Both the position numbers and the translations under genes were made by a program. The notes under the pieces were generated by a model. It did no database searches. It was not told the DNA's origin and was given only the letters and a program-made list of their open reading frames with translations. Source: Chloroflexota bacterium (GTDB lineage Bacteria; Chloroflexota; Dehalococcoidia; Bin125). Taken from it: a stretch of 64,000 bases of DNA. The first letter of the stretch is position 1; each line of letters opens with the position of its first letter. The DNA lies in contig VXQZ01000041.1 of the NCBI GenBank assembly GCA_009838735.1, positions 36,348 through 100,347 on the forward strand, in the 5' to 3' direction. This document shows positions 37,753-48,094 of this stretch, piece by piece.

Positions 37753-40700
37753 ATGTCCATTGAGAAGCTGCTGGTCGCCAATCGCGGCGAGATCGCTATT
37801 CGGATTATCCGCGCCGCGCGCGAACTTGGCGTCGCCTCGGTTGCGATCCATTCGCAGGATGACGCGAACTCGCTGCATGTGCGGCTGGCCGACGAGGCAG
37901 TGTCCTTGGACGGCGCCGGGGCTCGCGCGTACCTCGATGTCGAATCGGTCGTGAGAGCTGCGATTGACGCCGGTTGCGATGCGCTGCACCCCGGCTATGG
38001 CTTTCTGGCCGAGAGCGCGGAGCTGTCTCGTCGTTGCGACGAAATGGGCATCAGATTCGTCGGTCCGACCCCAGAGTCACTCGAGCTGTTCGGCGACAAG
38101 GCCTGCGCTCGCGCGTTGGCGGTCGAGCTGGACGTTCCCGTGTTGCCAGGTACCGAAACCGCTGTGGATCTCGAAGGGGCGACTGAGTTCTTCCACTCGC
38201 TGGGCATCGGCGGCGCGATGATGCTCAAGGCGATAGCGGGCGGCGGCGGCCGGGGCATGAGAGTGGTGACGGCCGAGGATCAGATCGCCGAGGCGTACGA
38301 GCGTTGCCAGTCGGAGGCTGTGACTGCGTTTGGCAACGGTGAGCTGCTGGTCGAGCGCTTGATGGCTACCGCGCGTCACGTTGAAGTGCAGATTGTAGGT
38401 GACGGCTCCGGCGCGGTTGCCCACCTCGGCGAACGGGAGTGCAGTCTGCAGCGGCGGCATCAGAAAGTCGTCGAGTGGGCGCCGAGCCCGTCGATCTCGG
38501 ATGAGACCCGCGAGCGTCTGACCTCCGCAGCCGTTCGCCTGGCAGGGTCGGATAACTACCGCAGCCTGGGCACGTTCGAGTTCCTGGTCAATGCCGACGA
38601 CGAGTCGGACCTGGCCTTCATCGAGGCCAACCCGCGTCTCCAGGTCGAGCACACCGTGACCGAGGAAGTGACCGGTGTCGACCTTGTCCGAGCGCAGTTG
38701 CGCATTGCCGGCGGGGAATCGCTGGCGGCGGTCGGACTGGCTCAAGCGGACGTTCCGGCGGCACGTGGCTACGCGATTCAGGCACGGGTCAACATGGAGC
38801 GGATGGAGCCGAGCGGCGACGTGCGCCCCTCGGGCGGCATGCTGACAGCATTCGAGCCGCCCTCGGGGCCCGGTGTGCGCGTTGATACCTATGGCTACCC
38901 CGGCTACACGACCAATCCCAACTTCGATTCACTATTGGCCAAGGTGATCGCATACTCCGCCTCGCCTGACTTCGGCGATGCGGTCGGACGGACGCGGCGT
39001 GCACTGTCCGAGTTTCGGATCGAGGGGGTTGAGGCCAACCTCTCATTCCTGGAGCAGTCGTTGGCGCACCACGACTTTGGGTCAGGCGGGATCTACACCC
39101 GCTGGGTTGACGACCACGTGGCCGAACTTGCTGAAGCGCCGGAGATCGATCTGCCTGGACAGAATGGTGCTTCCGATTCGCAAGCAGGACTCGCCGGAGC
39201 GCAGCTTGACACGCTCGATCCGCTCGCCGGACTGAACTACTTCCGCGAGGGTTCAGGGACCAGGGCGCAGCAGGGCGTCGCGACGATGACTCCCGGGACA
39301 CAGCCGGCGCCAAACATCGTCGGACCACCTGGCACGGAAGCGGTTCCGTCTCCACTCCAGGGCACGATCATTCAGATCCTGGTCGAAGAAGGAGACGCCG
39401 TCCGCGAGGGCCAGCCGATGTTCGTGATGGACTCGATGAAGATGGAGCACATCATCAACTCGGACATCGGCGGCTACCTGCGGCAGCTGACAGTCGCGAT
39501 CGGCGACGTGGTGTACGAGGGCCATCCGCTCGCCTTCATCGAGCAGGCAGACGTCGGCGACGCGATTCGTGAGGAAGAGGCGGAGATCGACCTTGACTAC
39601 ATCCGGCCTGACCTGCAGAAGCTGTTCGACAATCTCGACGCAGGGAAGGATGAGAACCGACAAGCCTGGGTCGAACGACGGCACGCCAAGGGCAAGCTGA
39701 CCCAGCGAGAGAGCCTGGTCGAGCTGGTCGACGAGGGCAGCTGGGTCGAGATGGGCGAGCTGGTCTTGCCAGCTCGCCATCGGATCATGTCGTTCGAGGA
39801 GATGCGCGTGCGCGCGCCGGCCGACGGCATGATTACCGGGATCGGCACGGTCAACGGAAACCTGTTCGACGAGAACCGCGCGACCACGCTGGTCGCGATG
39901 TACGACGAGACCGTCTGGGCCGGCACCCAGGGCATGATGGGCCACCAGAAGACCGACCGCGTGATCAAGTTCGCCGACGAGCAGGCCACGCCGTTGATCG
40001 TCTGGGCCGAGGGCGCCGGCGGCCGCTCGGGCGATACCGACTTCAATGACATCTCGTCGGCCGGCCAGTGGGTGCCGACCTACGACATGATGGCCCGGAT
40101 CAGCGGCACGGTGCCGATGATCGGGATTACCGCGGGCCGCACATTCGCCGGCAACGCATCGATCCTCGGGATCACCGACTGCATCATCGCCACCCGCGAC
40201 GCCAACATCGGCATGGGCGGACCGGCCACGATCGAAGGGGGTGGTCTGGGACTGTTCACCCCCGAAGAGATCGGGCCGATGTCCGACCTCGGTCCGGCCG
40301 GCAGCGTTGACATCCTGGTTGACGACGAACACGAAGCAATCGCCGCGGCGAAGCAGTACCTGTCCTACTTCCAGGGTTCGATCCCCAGTTGGGATTGCGT
40401 CGATCAGCGACACCTGCGGCACGCGATTCCCGAGAATCGCAAGCGACCCTTTAGTGTGCGCAACGTGATCGAGCAGATGGCCGACATCGACTCGGTGCTG
40501 GAGCTACGAGGCGAGTTCGGCGTCGGCATCATCACTTCGCTGATTCGCATCGAAGGTCATCCGATCGGTGTGATTGCCAACAACAACGAACATCTCGGCG
40601 GCGCTGTCGACAGTGACGGCGCGGACAAGCTCTGCCGCTTTGCGCAGCTCTGCGACTGCTTCAACATTCCCATCCTCGTGCTGGTCGACACGACCGGGAT

Positions 40701-41163
40701 GATGGTCGGCCCCGACATTGAGCGCACCGGATTGGCGCGCAAGTGCAACAACGTCTTCGTCACGTTGGCGAATGCGCAGTCGCCGCGATTCACGATCATC
40801 CTGCGTAAGTCGTACGGTCTCGCTGCACAAGCGATGATGACGGGCAGCTCGCGAGCCCCGCTGTTCGCGCTGGCCTGGCCAACGGCCGAGCTGGGCGGAA
40901 TGAACCTTGAGGCTGCGGTCCGGCTGGGCAACCGTGCCGAGCTGGAGGCGATCGACGACATCGAGGAACGCGCCGCTCGCTACGAGGCGCTGGTCGCCAA
41001 TGCCTACTGGAGAGGCAACGCGATCAACTCGGCCTCGGTGCACGAGAACGACGGCGTGATCGACCCGGCCGACACGCGGCGCTGGATCGTCCGCGGTTTG
41101 ATGGCCTGCGAGAATCCGGAGCCGATCCGCCGCGGTCGGCGGCCAAACATCGACACGTGGTAA
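37753..41163 (+). CDS. Single-chain biotin-dependent acyl-CoA carboxylase (BC-BCCP-CT fusion)
   Basis: LLVANRGEIA, HPGYGFLAE, RECSLQRRHQK, RLQVEH, SMKM biotin site, C-terminal CT domain. Confidence 0.93.
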   Translation: MSIEKLLVANRGEIAIRIIRAARELGVASVAIHSQDDANSLHVRLADEAVSLDGAGARAYLDVESVVRAAIDAGCDALHPGYGFLAESAELSRRCDEMGIRFVGPTPESLELFGDKACARALAVELDVPVLPGTETAVDLEGATEFFHSLGIGGAMMLKAIAGGGGRGMRVVTAEDQIAEAYERCQSEAVTAFGNGELLVERLMATARHVEVQIVGDGSGAVAHLGERECSLQRRHQKVVEWAPSPSISDETRERLTSAAVRLAGSDNYRSLGTFEFLVNADDESDLAFIEANPRLQVEHTVTEEVTGVDLVRAQLRIAGGESLAAVGLAQADVPAARGYAIQARVNMERMEPSGDVRPSGGMLTAFEPPSGPGVRVDTYGYPGYTTNPNFDSLLAKVIAYSASPDFGDAVGRTRRALSEFRIEGVEANLSFLEQSLAHHDFGSGGIYTRWVDDHVAELAEAPEIDLPGQNGASDSQAGLAGAQLDTLDPLAGLNYFREGSGTRAQQGVATMTPGTQPAPNIVGPPGTEAVPSPLQGTIIQILVEEGDAVREGQPMFVMDSMKMEHIINSDIGGYLRQLTVAIGDVVYEGHPLAFIEQADVGDAIREEEAEIDLDYIRPDLQKLFDNLDAGKDENRQAWVERRHAKGKLTQRESLVELVDEGSWVEMGELVLPARHRIMSFEEMRVRAPADGMITGIGTVNGNLFDENRATTLVAMYDETVWAGTQGMMGHQKTDRVIKFADEQATPLIVWAEGAGGRSGDTDFNDISSAGQWVPTYDMMARISGTVPMIGITAGRTFAGNASILGITDCIIATRDANIGMGGPATIEGGGLGLFTPEEIGPMSDLGPAGSVDILVDDEHEAIAAAKQYLSYFQGSIPSWDCVDQRHLRHAIPENRKRPFSVRNVIEQMADIDSVLELRGEFGVGIITSLIRIEGHPIGVIANNNEHLGGAVDSDGADKLCRFAQLCDCFNIPILVLVDTTGMMVGPDIERTGLARKCNNVFVTLANAQSPRFTIILRKSYGLAAQAMMTGSSRAPLFALAWPTAELGGMNLEAAVRLGNRAELEAIDDIEERAARYEALVANAYWRGNAINSASVHENDGVIDPADTRRWIVRGLMACENPEPIRRGRRPNIDTW

Positions 41164-41225
41164 CCGCTGTTCGTCTCTAGACTCGGTGTCGAGACTGACG
41201 CGGAATCCGAGTGAGGAAGTGAACG

Positions 41226-42395
41226 ATGACAGATCAGCCGTCGGGCGACGCCCTGATTCGACAACAGATCGGCAACCTGCCGGTCCCTGAGTTCGCCGAG
41301 ACCGCCTGGACCGTGCCGCCGCCGTTGGCGGAAGCGAGGGTGGCGGTTGTGACCTCGGCAGCGCTGTACCCGTGCGATGGCGAGCCGTTCACAGTGACCG
41401 ACACCAGCTACCGCGCGCTTGATCATGATCAGCGCCAGTTGGTGATGGGACATTGGAGTCCAAACTTCGACCGATCCGCTTTCGGCATCGACTACAACGT
41501 CGTCTACCCGCTGGCCCGCCTGGACGAACTGGCCGAGCAGGGCGTCATCGGCTCGGTCGCCTCGAAGCACTACGCGTTTGCCGGAAATCAGCCCGACGAT
41601 GTCGCCACGATCCGATACGACTCCGGCCCGGCGTGTGCGGCGGAACTGAAGGCCGACGGCGTTGATGTCGTGTTCCTGACGCCGGTTTGACCGCTCTGCT
41701 CGCGTACCGTGTGTACGCTGGCCCACGTGTTTGAAGCGGCCGGCCTGGCGACCGTGACGATTACCTCGATTCGCGCCGTGGGCGAACGCATGCGCCCGCC
41801 TCGAGTCCTTCACTGTGAGTTCCCGCTCGGTCGGCCCCTGGGCAAGACCAACGATCCTGAGTTCCAGCACGATGTGTTGCGTCGCGCCTTCTCCTTGCTG
41901 GAGCGCGAGTCCGGTCCCGTACTGGAGGAGCACCCGGAAGAAATCGTGGGCGCCGAAGAGCCGTTGAGTTGCACGGTGCCGCCGCGATTCGATCCCGATC
42001 TGGCGCCCGCCGTCGATGAGGCGCACGGACTGCGCAAGGCTTATGAACGCGCCCTAGCTCGACGAGGGGTGAGTGAAGTCGGCAACGCCATCGACGCCGA
42101 CGGTGTGCCCGATGCACTGGACGTATTGCAGAACATCGTCAACGGAACGCCCTGGAAAGAGGCCGGCATCCCCGGCGGGCACACGACCGCGCTGGCGAAT
42201 GACATTCGCGCCTACTACGAGGAGGCCGCGCTCGAACTGACCGACGCGGCCAATCCGGGTGGCCATCAGACCGAAGACTGGTTCTTCGAACGCACCGAAG
42301 CGGGCAAGCTCATTCTGGCCGTGAGGAAAGCGCTCGCCGCGCAGGGCGCGCCGCAGCCGGTCTGGTTCTACATGGCGCCAATGCACCGCAGCTAA
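41226..42395 (+). CDS. Putative selenoprotein, PrdB/GrdB (reductase selenoprotein B)-like, Sec at UGA 41688-41690
   Basis: ORFs 41226-41690 and 41709-42395 are in one frame separated only by TGA, giving VFLTPV-U-PLCSRTV (UxxC); ARVAVVTSA and DYNVVYPLARLDELAEQGVIG motifs. Confidence 0.85.
41698..41722 (+). promoter_or_regulatory. Bacterial SECIS-like hairpin
   Basis: GCT(C)GCGTAC-cgtgt-GTACGC(T)GGC; loop starts 17 nt after UGA with G at loop position 2. Confidence 0.7.
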
Positions 42396-42415
42396 GCGTC
42401 GGCCACACCGTTCTG

Positions 42416-43579
42416 TTACCAGAACGGCGCTCGAGCCTCATCGCCGAGCAGCACGCGGGCAGCGGCCGCGTAGTTGGACGCACCCAGGACCACATGTTGG
42501 TTCATCGCGTGCATGTCGCGAAGTCGCCGGTCCAGCGTGGAGCGTTCGCTGTACAGCGCCGTGGATCCGGCGACGGCGTAGAGCCGCTCGACGACTCTCT
42601 GGCACTCCTGGTGAACGTGTGTGATCGCGAGTCGCAGGTTGACCCGGTTCGCATCGGACATCTGGCCGGTTTCGCAGACCTCTTGCCAGGCCGCGTCGGA
42701 GGCGGAGAGCGCATATGCCCGGCAGGCGGCGATTTGCGCTGCCGTTTCACCGAGCGTGGCCTGGGTCAGAGGATCGTCGCGCAGCGAACCGCGCAAGGCG
42801 ACGCGCTCTCGGGCGAGGTCCATCACCTCGTCGTGCGCAGCCTGAACCAGACCGAGCGCCACGCCCAGGTGCTTGGGCAGCAACCAGGCAGGATGACGCA
42901 GCGGATCGCCCGGCACCGAGCGGGTTGAGGGTCTGACCGGCACGCTGCGCTCGTCGGGAATGAAGAGGTCGTTGACCTCTACATCGTGACTGCCGGTGCC
43001 GCACATGCCGCCGGTCTTCCAGGTGTCGAGGATTGTCACCTCGCTGCGGTGCGCAACCAGCCTGATGAATGGCGGCCCCTCCGACGGCGCATCGTCTCCG
43101 CTCAGTCGGCAGTTCATCTGCACCCAATCGGCGTGTGTGATGCCGCTCATGTAGGGCCAGCGACCGCTCGCTACGAATCCGCCGTCGACGCGTCGAGCCG
43201 TCCCCGGAGGAAAGCCCGCGCCGCAGGTGGCGGCGTCGATGTCGGCGTACATCTCGCGGGCGACATCCGGTTCGAGTTCGCGGGTGAGCAAGCCGCCGTC
43301 GCAGCCGATCATCACGCACCAGGCGGTCGAGGCGTCGGCTTTGGCCAGTTCGGCAATGAACAGGATCTGAGTCACGGGGTCAGCGTCGTGTCCGCCCAGC
43401 CAGCGAGGCTGCAGGAGCCTGAAGGCGCCAATGCCCTTGAGCAGGTCAACGATGTGCCCGGGAAGCCGCCGTGCAGCCTCAATCTCATCGGCCGCTGCTC
43501 CGATCTGTGGAGCGATCGAACGAGCAGCGTCCAGCAGAGCGTTGCGCTCTTCGGGGGTGGCGCCGAAGAAGGTACTCAT
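42416..43579 (-). CDS. Acyl-CoA dehydrogenase-fold flavin-dependent hydroxylase (HsaA/NcnH-like)
   Basis: ASTAWC, SGRWPYMSG, DTWKTGGMCGTGSHD, RRLRDMHAMNQH. Confidence 0.87.
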   Translation of the reverse strand: MSTFFGATPEERNALLDAARSIAPQIGAAADEIEAARRLPGHIVDLLKGIGAFRLLQPRWLGGHDADPVTQILFIAELAKADASTAWCVMIGCDGGLLTRELEPDVAREMYADIDAATCGAGFPPGTARRVDGGFVASGRWPYMSGITHADWVQMNCRLSGDDAPSEGPPFIRLVAHRSEVTILDTWKTGGMCGTGSHDVEVNDLFIPDERSVPVRPSTRSVPGDPLRHPAWLLPKHLGVALGLVQAAHDEVMDLARERVALRGSLRDDPLTQATLGETAAQIAACRAYALSASDAAWQEVCETGQMSDANRVNLRLAITHVHQECQRVVERLYAVAGSTALYSERSTLDRRLRDMHAMNQHVVLGASNYAAAARVLLGDEARAPFW

Positions 43580-43632
43580 GAGTCTGCGGGCACCACGTCA
43601 GAACAGTGCTATGCCTGTTCGAAGCGCGAGAC

Positions 43633-44073
43633 CTACAGCTTCATTGGCTCGCCCTGGGCGACTTGCTGCGGGTCTGTCTTCCAGACGTCCGAGCCGTCGA
43701 CATAGAGCTCGACTCCGTTGCCGTCGGGGTCGTTCAGGTAGAGCGACTTTGAGACCACATGGTCGATGGTGGCGAAGACCTTGACTCCAGCCGCTTCGAG
43801 TTCGTCGCGTGCGTCACGCAACTCGTCCAGCGTGTCGCCGATGCAGAAGGCAAGGTGGTAGAGACCCGGCGCCTTGGGGTCGGCGGTCTCAGGGCCGTCT
43901 TCGCCGACCTCAAGCAGGGCGAGGTCGTGGTGGTTGCCAAGCGTGTAAAACGTCATCGGCATCTGCTCATGCCGGGCCGCGAGCTTCATCCCCAGGATGT
44001 CCCCATAGAACGCTTCCGAGCGCTCCATGTTCTTGACCTTGATGACCGCGTGACCGAGTTCCTTGACCTTCAT
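43633..44073 (-). CDS. VOC/glyoxalase family protein
   Basis: LGHAVIKV, HHDLAL, GLYHLAF, YLNDPDGNGVELY. Confidence 0.9.
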   Translation of the reverse strand: MKVKELGHAVIKVKNMERSEAFYGDILGMKLAARHEQMPMTFYTLGNHHDLALLEVGEDGPETADPKAPGLYHLAFCIGDTLDELRDARDELEAAGVKVFATIDHVVSKSLYLNDPDGNGVELYVDGSDVWKTDPQQVAQGEPMKL

Positions 44074-44214
44074 CGGTCTCTCCTTGGTATCGATTGCCGC
44101 CGCAGTGCGGGCTCTCTGTCCCGCTCATTCTATGCTCGCCAGCGCGGTGGCTGCGATTTCTTATCTTGGCAGTCAATATCGACGAGGGACGGCCCACACC
44201 GGTAGGAGCTTGAG

Positions 44215-44967
44215 ATGGACGAGATTGGCTACTCAGTCGACGGACACATCGCCTCGGTTCAACTGCTGCGGCCGGAGAAGCTAAACGCGATGACCGACGA
44301 GATGTATCACGCGATCGGCGACGCATTCAAGCAAGCGGACGCCGATCCACAGGTGCGCTGCGTTGTGATCGGCGGATCCGGGCGAGCCTTTACCTCGGGG
44401 CACGACCTGCTCGAGTTCGGCGAACGCCAGGCCTGGAAGCCGTGGTCGGCGGAGCGCTTCGACAATGGCCTGGAGACGGCCAAGCCGGTGATCGCAGCGA
44501 TCAATGGCTACTGCCTCGCCGGAGGCCTTGAGCTGGCGCTGTACTGCGACATCCGCATCTGCGACACGACCGCCCAGTTCGGTTGCCCCGAGCCGCGCTG
44601 GGGAATCCTCCACGGCTACGGTGCGCTACGTACGCCTGGTCTGGTCGGCACGTCCGACGCGATGCGTCTGCTGCTGACCGGCGAGTTCATCGACGCCGAG
44701 GAAGCGCTGCGCATTGGCCTCGTGAGCCAGGTAGTCGAACCGGCGGACCTGATCTCGACCGCCAACGAGATGGCGGCCAAGATCGCCGTCAACAGTCCCC
44801 TCGCGATCCGGCTGACCAAGGAACTGGCCCGCCGCGGCCGCGATATGTCGTTGGCCGACGGGCTACGCCTGTATCAGGAGTACTCGCGCCTCGCGTTCAG
44901 CTCGGACGACGCGCGGGAGGGCACGCGAGCGTTCGCCGAGCGGCGCGACCCCCAGTATCAAGGCTGA
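44215..44967 (+). CDS. Enoyl-CoA hydratase/isomerase family protein
   Basis: RPEKLNAM, AFTSGHDL, AAINGYCLAGGLEL. Confidence 0.92.
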   Translation: MDEIGYSVDGHIASVQLLRPEKLNAMTDEMYHAIGDAFKQADADPQVRCVVIGGSGRAFTSGHDLLEFGERQAWKPWSAERFDNGLETAKPVIAAINGYCLAGGLELALYCDIRICDTTAQFGCPEPRWGILHGYGALRTPGLVGTSDAMRLLLTGEFIDAEEALRIGLVSQVVEPADLISTANEMAAKIAVNSPLAIRLTKELARRGRDMSLADGLRLYQEYSRLAFSSDDAREGTRAFAERRDPQYQG

Positions 44968-45047
44968 CCCGACGACGTCGCCTCCGAGCCGAGTAGAAAT
45001 CTCTAGCCTGTCGGCATTCCGCATCAAATGAACGAAAGGAGCGCATC

Positions 45048-45533
45048 ATGCCGCTCACCGGAGACGACCGTTCAGAGATCATCGTGCTGGCCGGACGCTA
45101 TAGCCAATCGCTGGATCTTCGCGACCCTGACGGATGGCGGTCCTGCTTCACCGACGACGCCGTGATGGAAATGGAACTCCAGGAACTCTGGATCACCGGC
45201 GACGCGCTCTGGGGCCTGGCGTCCGGAGTCACCGACAACGATGACGACCGAGTGTCGCGCCACCAACCATCCAACTTCGTCATCGACGGCGACGGTGATG
45301 AGGCGACTATGAGGTCCTACTGCACGGTTGTCAGTGGGGGCAGCCGCGATAATCCCTTTGTCGAACCGGCCCGGATCACCTTCCAGGGACGTTACGAGGA
45401 CCGGCTGCGACGGGTCGACGGCGCCTGGAAGATCGCGCACCGAAAGATCATCACCGACTGGATCGACTCCGACATCAATGCCGAGGTCACTTCTGCTCAA
45501 TCCGGCAGCAGCGTCAGCGAAGCCGCGTCCTAG
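45048..45533 (+). CDS. SnoaL-like / NTF2 family protein
   Basis: CFTDDA, RH..SN, GRYEDRLRRVDGAWKIAHR. Confidence 0.85.
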   Translation: MPLTGDDRSEIIVLAGRYSQSLDLRDPDGWRSCFTDDAVMEMELQELWITGDALWGLASGVTDNDDDRVSRHQPSNFVIDGDGDEATMRSYCTVVSGGSRDNPFVEPARITFQGRYEDRLRRVDGAWKIAHRKIITDWIDSDINAEVTSAQSGSSVSEAAS

Positions 45534-46330
45534 ATCTTCGCGGCGACGCCGCCGTCGATATTGATGATCTCTCCGGTGATGAACCTTGAGTCTTCGCAGG
45601 AGAGGAAGAGCACCAGGTTGGCCACGTCGATTGAGTAGCCGGGGCCCTGCACAATCTGGGCGAAGTCGAACATCTTCTCGAAGACGTGATGTCCGCCATC
45701 GGGGTCGTTGTAGGTGCCGCGAGTTGCGCCCGGGGTGATGATCTGTCCCGGCCGCACGCAGTTGACGCGGATGTTGTCGCGTCCGCCCGCGCCGGCCATG
45801 TAGCGGGTTAAGGCGTCGACGCCGGCCTTGGCCGCATAGTACGAGGCGGAGGTCGTGCCAAACTCGTCCTGCATGCGCGAGGAGAAGCCTCGTTGCGCGG
45901 CCAGTGAGGACATGTTCACGACTGCGCCGCCGCCCGCGGCGACGATGTGCGGCCAGACCGCCTGGCTGACGTAGAACGTGCCGGTCAGGTTGACGTTGAT
46001 CACCCGCAGCCACATCTCGTTGGGCTCGTTGGGGAAATACTCGCCTGCGCCGCCGCCGGCGTTGTTGAAGAGCAGATCAATCTGACCGTAGGCGTTGGCG
46101 GCCTGGTCGACCGCTGCGACGACGGAGTCGTTGTCGCCCACGTCGCAAGCGACAAAGGTGGCCTCGCCGCCCGACTCCTTGATCTCGGCGACGATCGCTT
46201 CGCCTTCGGGTACGCGCCGAGCCATCAGGATGACCTTTGCGCCTTCGGCTGCGAAGAGCCGTCCGGTCTCGGCTCCGATTCCGCTGTTTCCGCCGGTGAT
46301 GATTGCTACTTTGCCGTCGAGCTTGCCCAC
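45530..46330 (-). CDS. Short-chain dehydrogenase/reductase
   Basis: TGGNSGIG, NNAG, YYAAK; GTG start after GGAG. Confidence 0.92.
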   Translation of the reverse strand: MGKLDGKVAIITGGNSGIGAETGRLFAAEGAKVILMARRVPEGEAIVAEIKESGGEATFVACDVGDNDSVVAAVDQAANAYGQIDLLFNNAGGGAGEYFPNEPNEMWLRVINVNLTGTFYVSQAVWPHIVAAGGGAVVNMSSLAAQRGFSSRMQDEFGTTSASYYAAKAGVDALTRYMAGAGGRDNIRVNCVRPGQIITPGATRGTYNDPDGGHHVFEKMFDFAQIVQGPGYSIDVANLVLFLSCEDSRFITGEIINIDGGVAAKI

Positions 46331-46406
46331 GGGAATCTCCAGATGCTGCACGCGCCCGGCTGCTCGTGCGCCGGTACGCAGTAGTCATCCTAGGCGAGCG
46401 CCCGAT

Positions 46407-46832
46407 TTAGTCAGCGGGTTGCGGGTCGAAGTTGATCATCCAGGCGATGCCGAAGCGGTCGGTGCATGTGCCGAAGTAGGCGCCCCAGAACATCTCGGAC
46501 ATGGGCATCGAGGCTTCGCCGCCGTCGGAGAGCGCCGCAAACTTCTCGTCGGCGTCCTGACGGCTGTCCGGGACATACGAAATCGAGAAGTTGGTGACCA
46601 TCACGGGGCCGGGGCCGAAGGCCGGGTTTGAATCGCTGCCCATCAGAATGCTGTCGCCGATTGGCAAGGACACATGCATGACGAGTTGTTTGGCCTCATC
46701 CGGAATTCCCATGTCCGGCGGACCGTCGCCGAAAGTCTGCCATTCCGAGAAATCGCCGCCGAATACGGAGCGGTAGAACTCGAATGCCTCCCGACAGTTG
46801 TTCTCAAACGTGAGGTAGGTGTTGAGGGTCAT
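46407..46832 (-). CDS. VOC family PhnB-like protein
   Basis: YLTFENNCREAFEFY, LMGSD, FWGAYFGTCTDRFGIAWM; C-terminal part of the 605-aa track ORF. Confidence 0.88.
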   Translation of the reverse strand: MTLNTYLTFENNCREAFEFYRSVFGGDFSEWQTFGDGPPDMGIPDEAKQLVMHVSLPIGDSILMGSDSNPAFGPGPVMVTNFSISYVPDSRQDADEKFAALSDGGEASMPMSEMFWGAYFGTCTDRFGIAWMINFDPQPAD

Positions 46833-46955
46833 GTGTTTCTCCGGGTCATCCAATCGCTGCTGAGAGTCGTATTGTACCGGTGACATCGGAAGTGTGGCGA
46901 GGCTTCCTTCCGTTTCCCGTAGAATCTGTTGACTTGCACTGACTTGGACACTCGC

Positions 46956-48074
46956 ATGACCGAATCCCGGATCCGCTTCGGCTGGTATATCCCCACGCAT
47001 GGCGATCTGACCAACTTCGCCGATCCCGATCAGTTCATTCCCGCTTCCATGGAGATGTTCAATCGAGTGGCGCTGGCAGCAGAGTCGGCCGGTTTCGAGT
47101 ACGCGCTGGTGCCGGTCACGCCGACCTGTTGGGAGGCCTGGATTTCGACTGCGATGATGTCGGCTCGGACGACGAAGCTGAAGATGCTGGTCGCGGCCCG
47201 TCCCGGCTACATCCTGCCCACCCAGATGGCGCGAATGATCGGCGCCTTCGATCAGCTCTCCCAGGGCCGGGTCTACATCAACCTGATCGCCGGTGGCAAC
47301 CCTCGCGATCTGGCCGGGGACGGCATCACCTACAGCCACGACGAGCGCTACGAAGTGATGGACGAGTCGGTGGAGATCATGAAGGCCCTGTGGACCTCGC
47401 ATGACCGGATCGACTGGGAGGGCAAGCACTACCAACTGCAGGGCGCACACGTCTTCCCCAAGCCATACCAGGATCCGTGGCCGCGTTTCTACATCGGCGG
47501 TGAGTCGGATGCGGCTCGGGATGTCGGCGCCAAGCACGCCGATTGCTACTTCTTCTGGGGCGACACTCCTGAAGCGACAGCGGGCAAGGTGATTGACGTC
47601 AATCGTCGAGCCGAAGGTTTCGGTCGGCGCAGCATTGCCTTCGGCATGCGTCTCCAGGTCTGTGTTCGAGAGACAGAGGAGGAAGCCTGGGATGCTGCGC
47701 ACAGCCTGATTGCCGGTACGACCGACCGCCAACGCCAGACTCGCAAGAAGTGGCGCGGCGACTCCGAGGCCGACAGCCGGATGTGGCAACTCGCCGATCA
47801 GTCGCAGGACAACGACTACCGAATCGCGCCCCATCTGTGGAGCGGCCTGAGCACTGTGCGCGGCGGCGCCGGACTTGCGGTGGTCGGCAATCCGCAACAG
47901 GTGGCCGACACGCTGCAGGAGTTCGTCGAGATTGGCTGTACCGAGTTCTGCCTCTCGGGATACCCGCACGATGAGGAAGCGAAGCGGTTCGGCGACTGGG
48001 TCATGCCAATCGTCCACGAACGCAATAGGGTGAGCTTGACGAGCGACGAGCCGGCCCTGGCCGTCGCCGATTGA
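46956..48074 (+). CDS. LLM class monooxygenase, SsuD/SfnG-like
   Basis: FGWYIPTHGD, LVAARPG, FYIGGES, IAPHLWSG...GAG..VVG, LSGYPH. Confidence 0.85.
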   Translation: MTESRIRFGWYIPTHGDLTNFADPDQFIPASMEMFNRVALAAESAGFEYALVPVTPTCWEAWISTAMMSARTTKLKMLVAARPGYILPTQMARMIGAFDQLSQGRVYINLIAGGNPRDLAGDGITYSHDERYEVMDESVEIMKALWTSHDRIDWEGKHYQLQGAHVFPKPYQDPWPRFYIGGESDAARDVGAKHADCYFFWGDTPEATAGKVIDVNRRAEGFGRRSIAFGMRLQVCVRETEEEAWDAAHSLIAGTTDRQRQTRKKWRGDSEADSRMWQLADQSQDNDYRIAPHLWSGLSTVRGGAGLAVVGNPQQVADTLQEFVEIGCTEFCLSGYPHDEEAKRFGDWVMPIVHERNRVSLTSDEPALAVAD

Positions 48075-48094
48075 GGAAGTTGAGGAGTACCTAG

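Noticed and set aside
41709-42395. Treating 41226-41690 and 41709-42395 as two genes or a pseudogene
   Set aside because: In-frame UGA at a UxxC site, a SECIS-like hairpin and no RBS before the GTG favour Sec read-through
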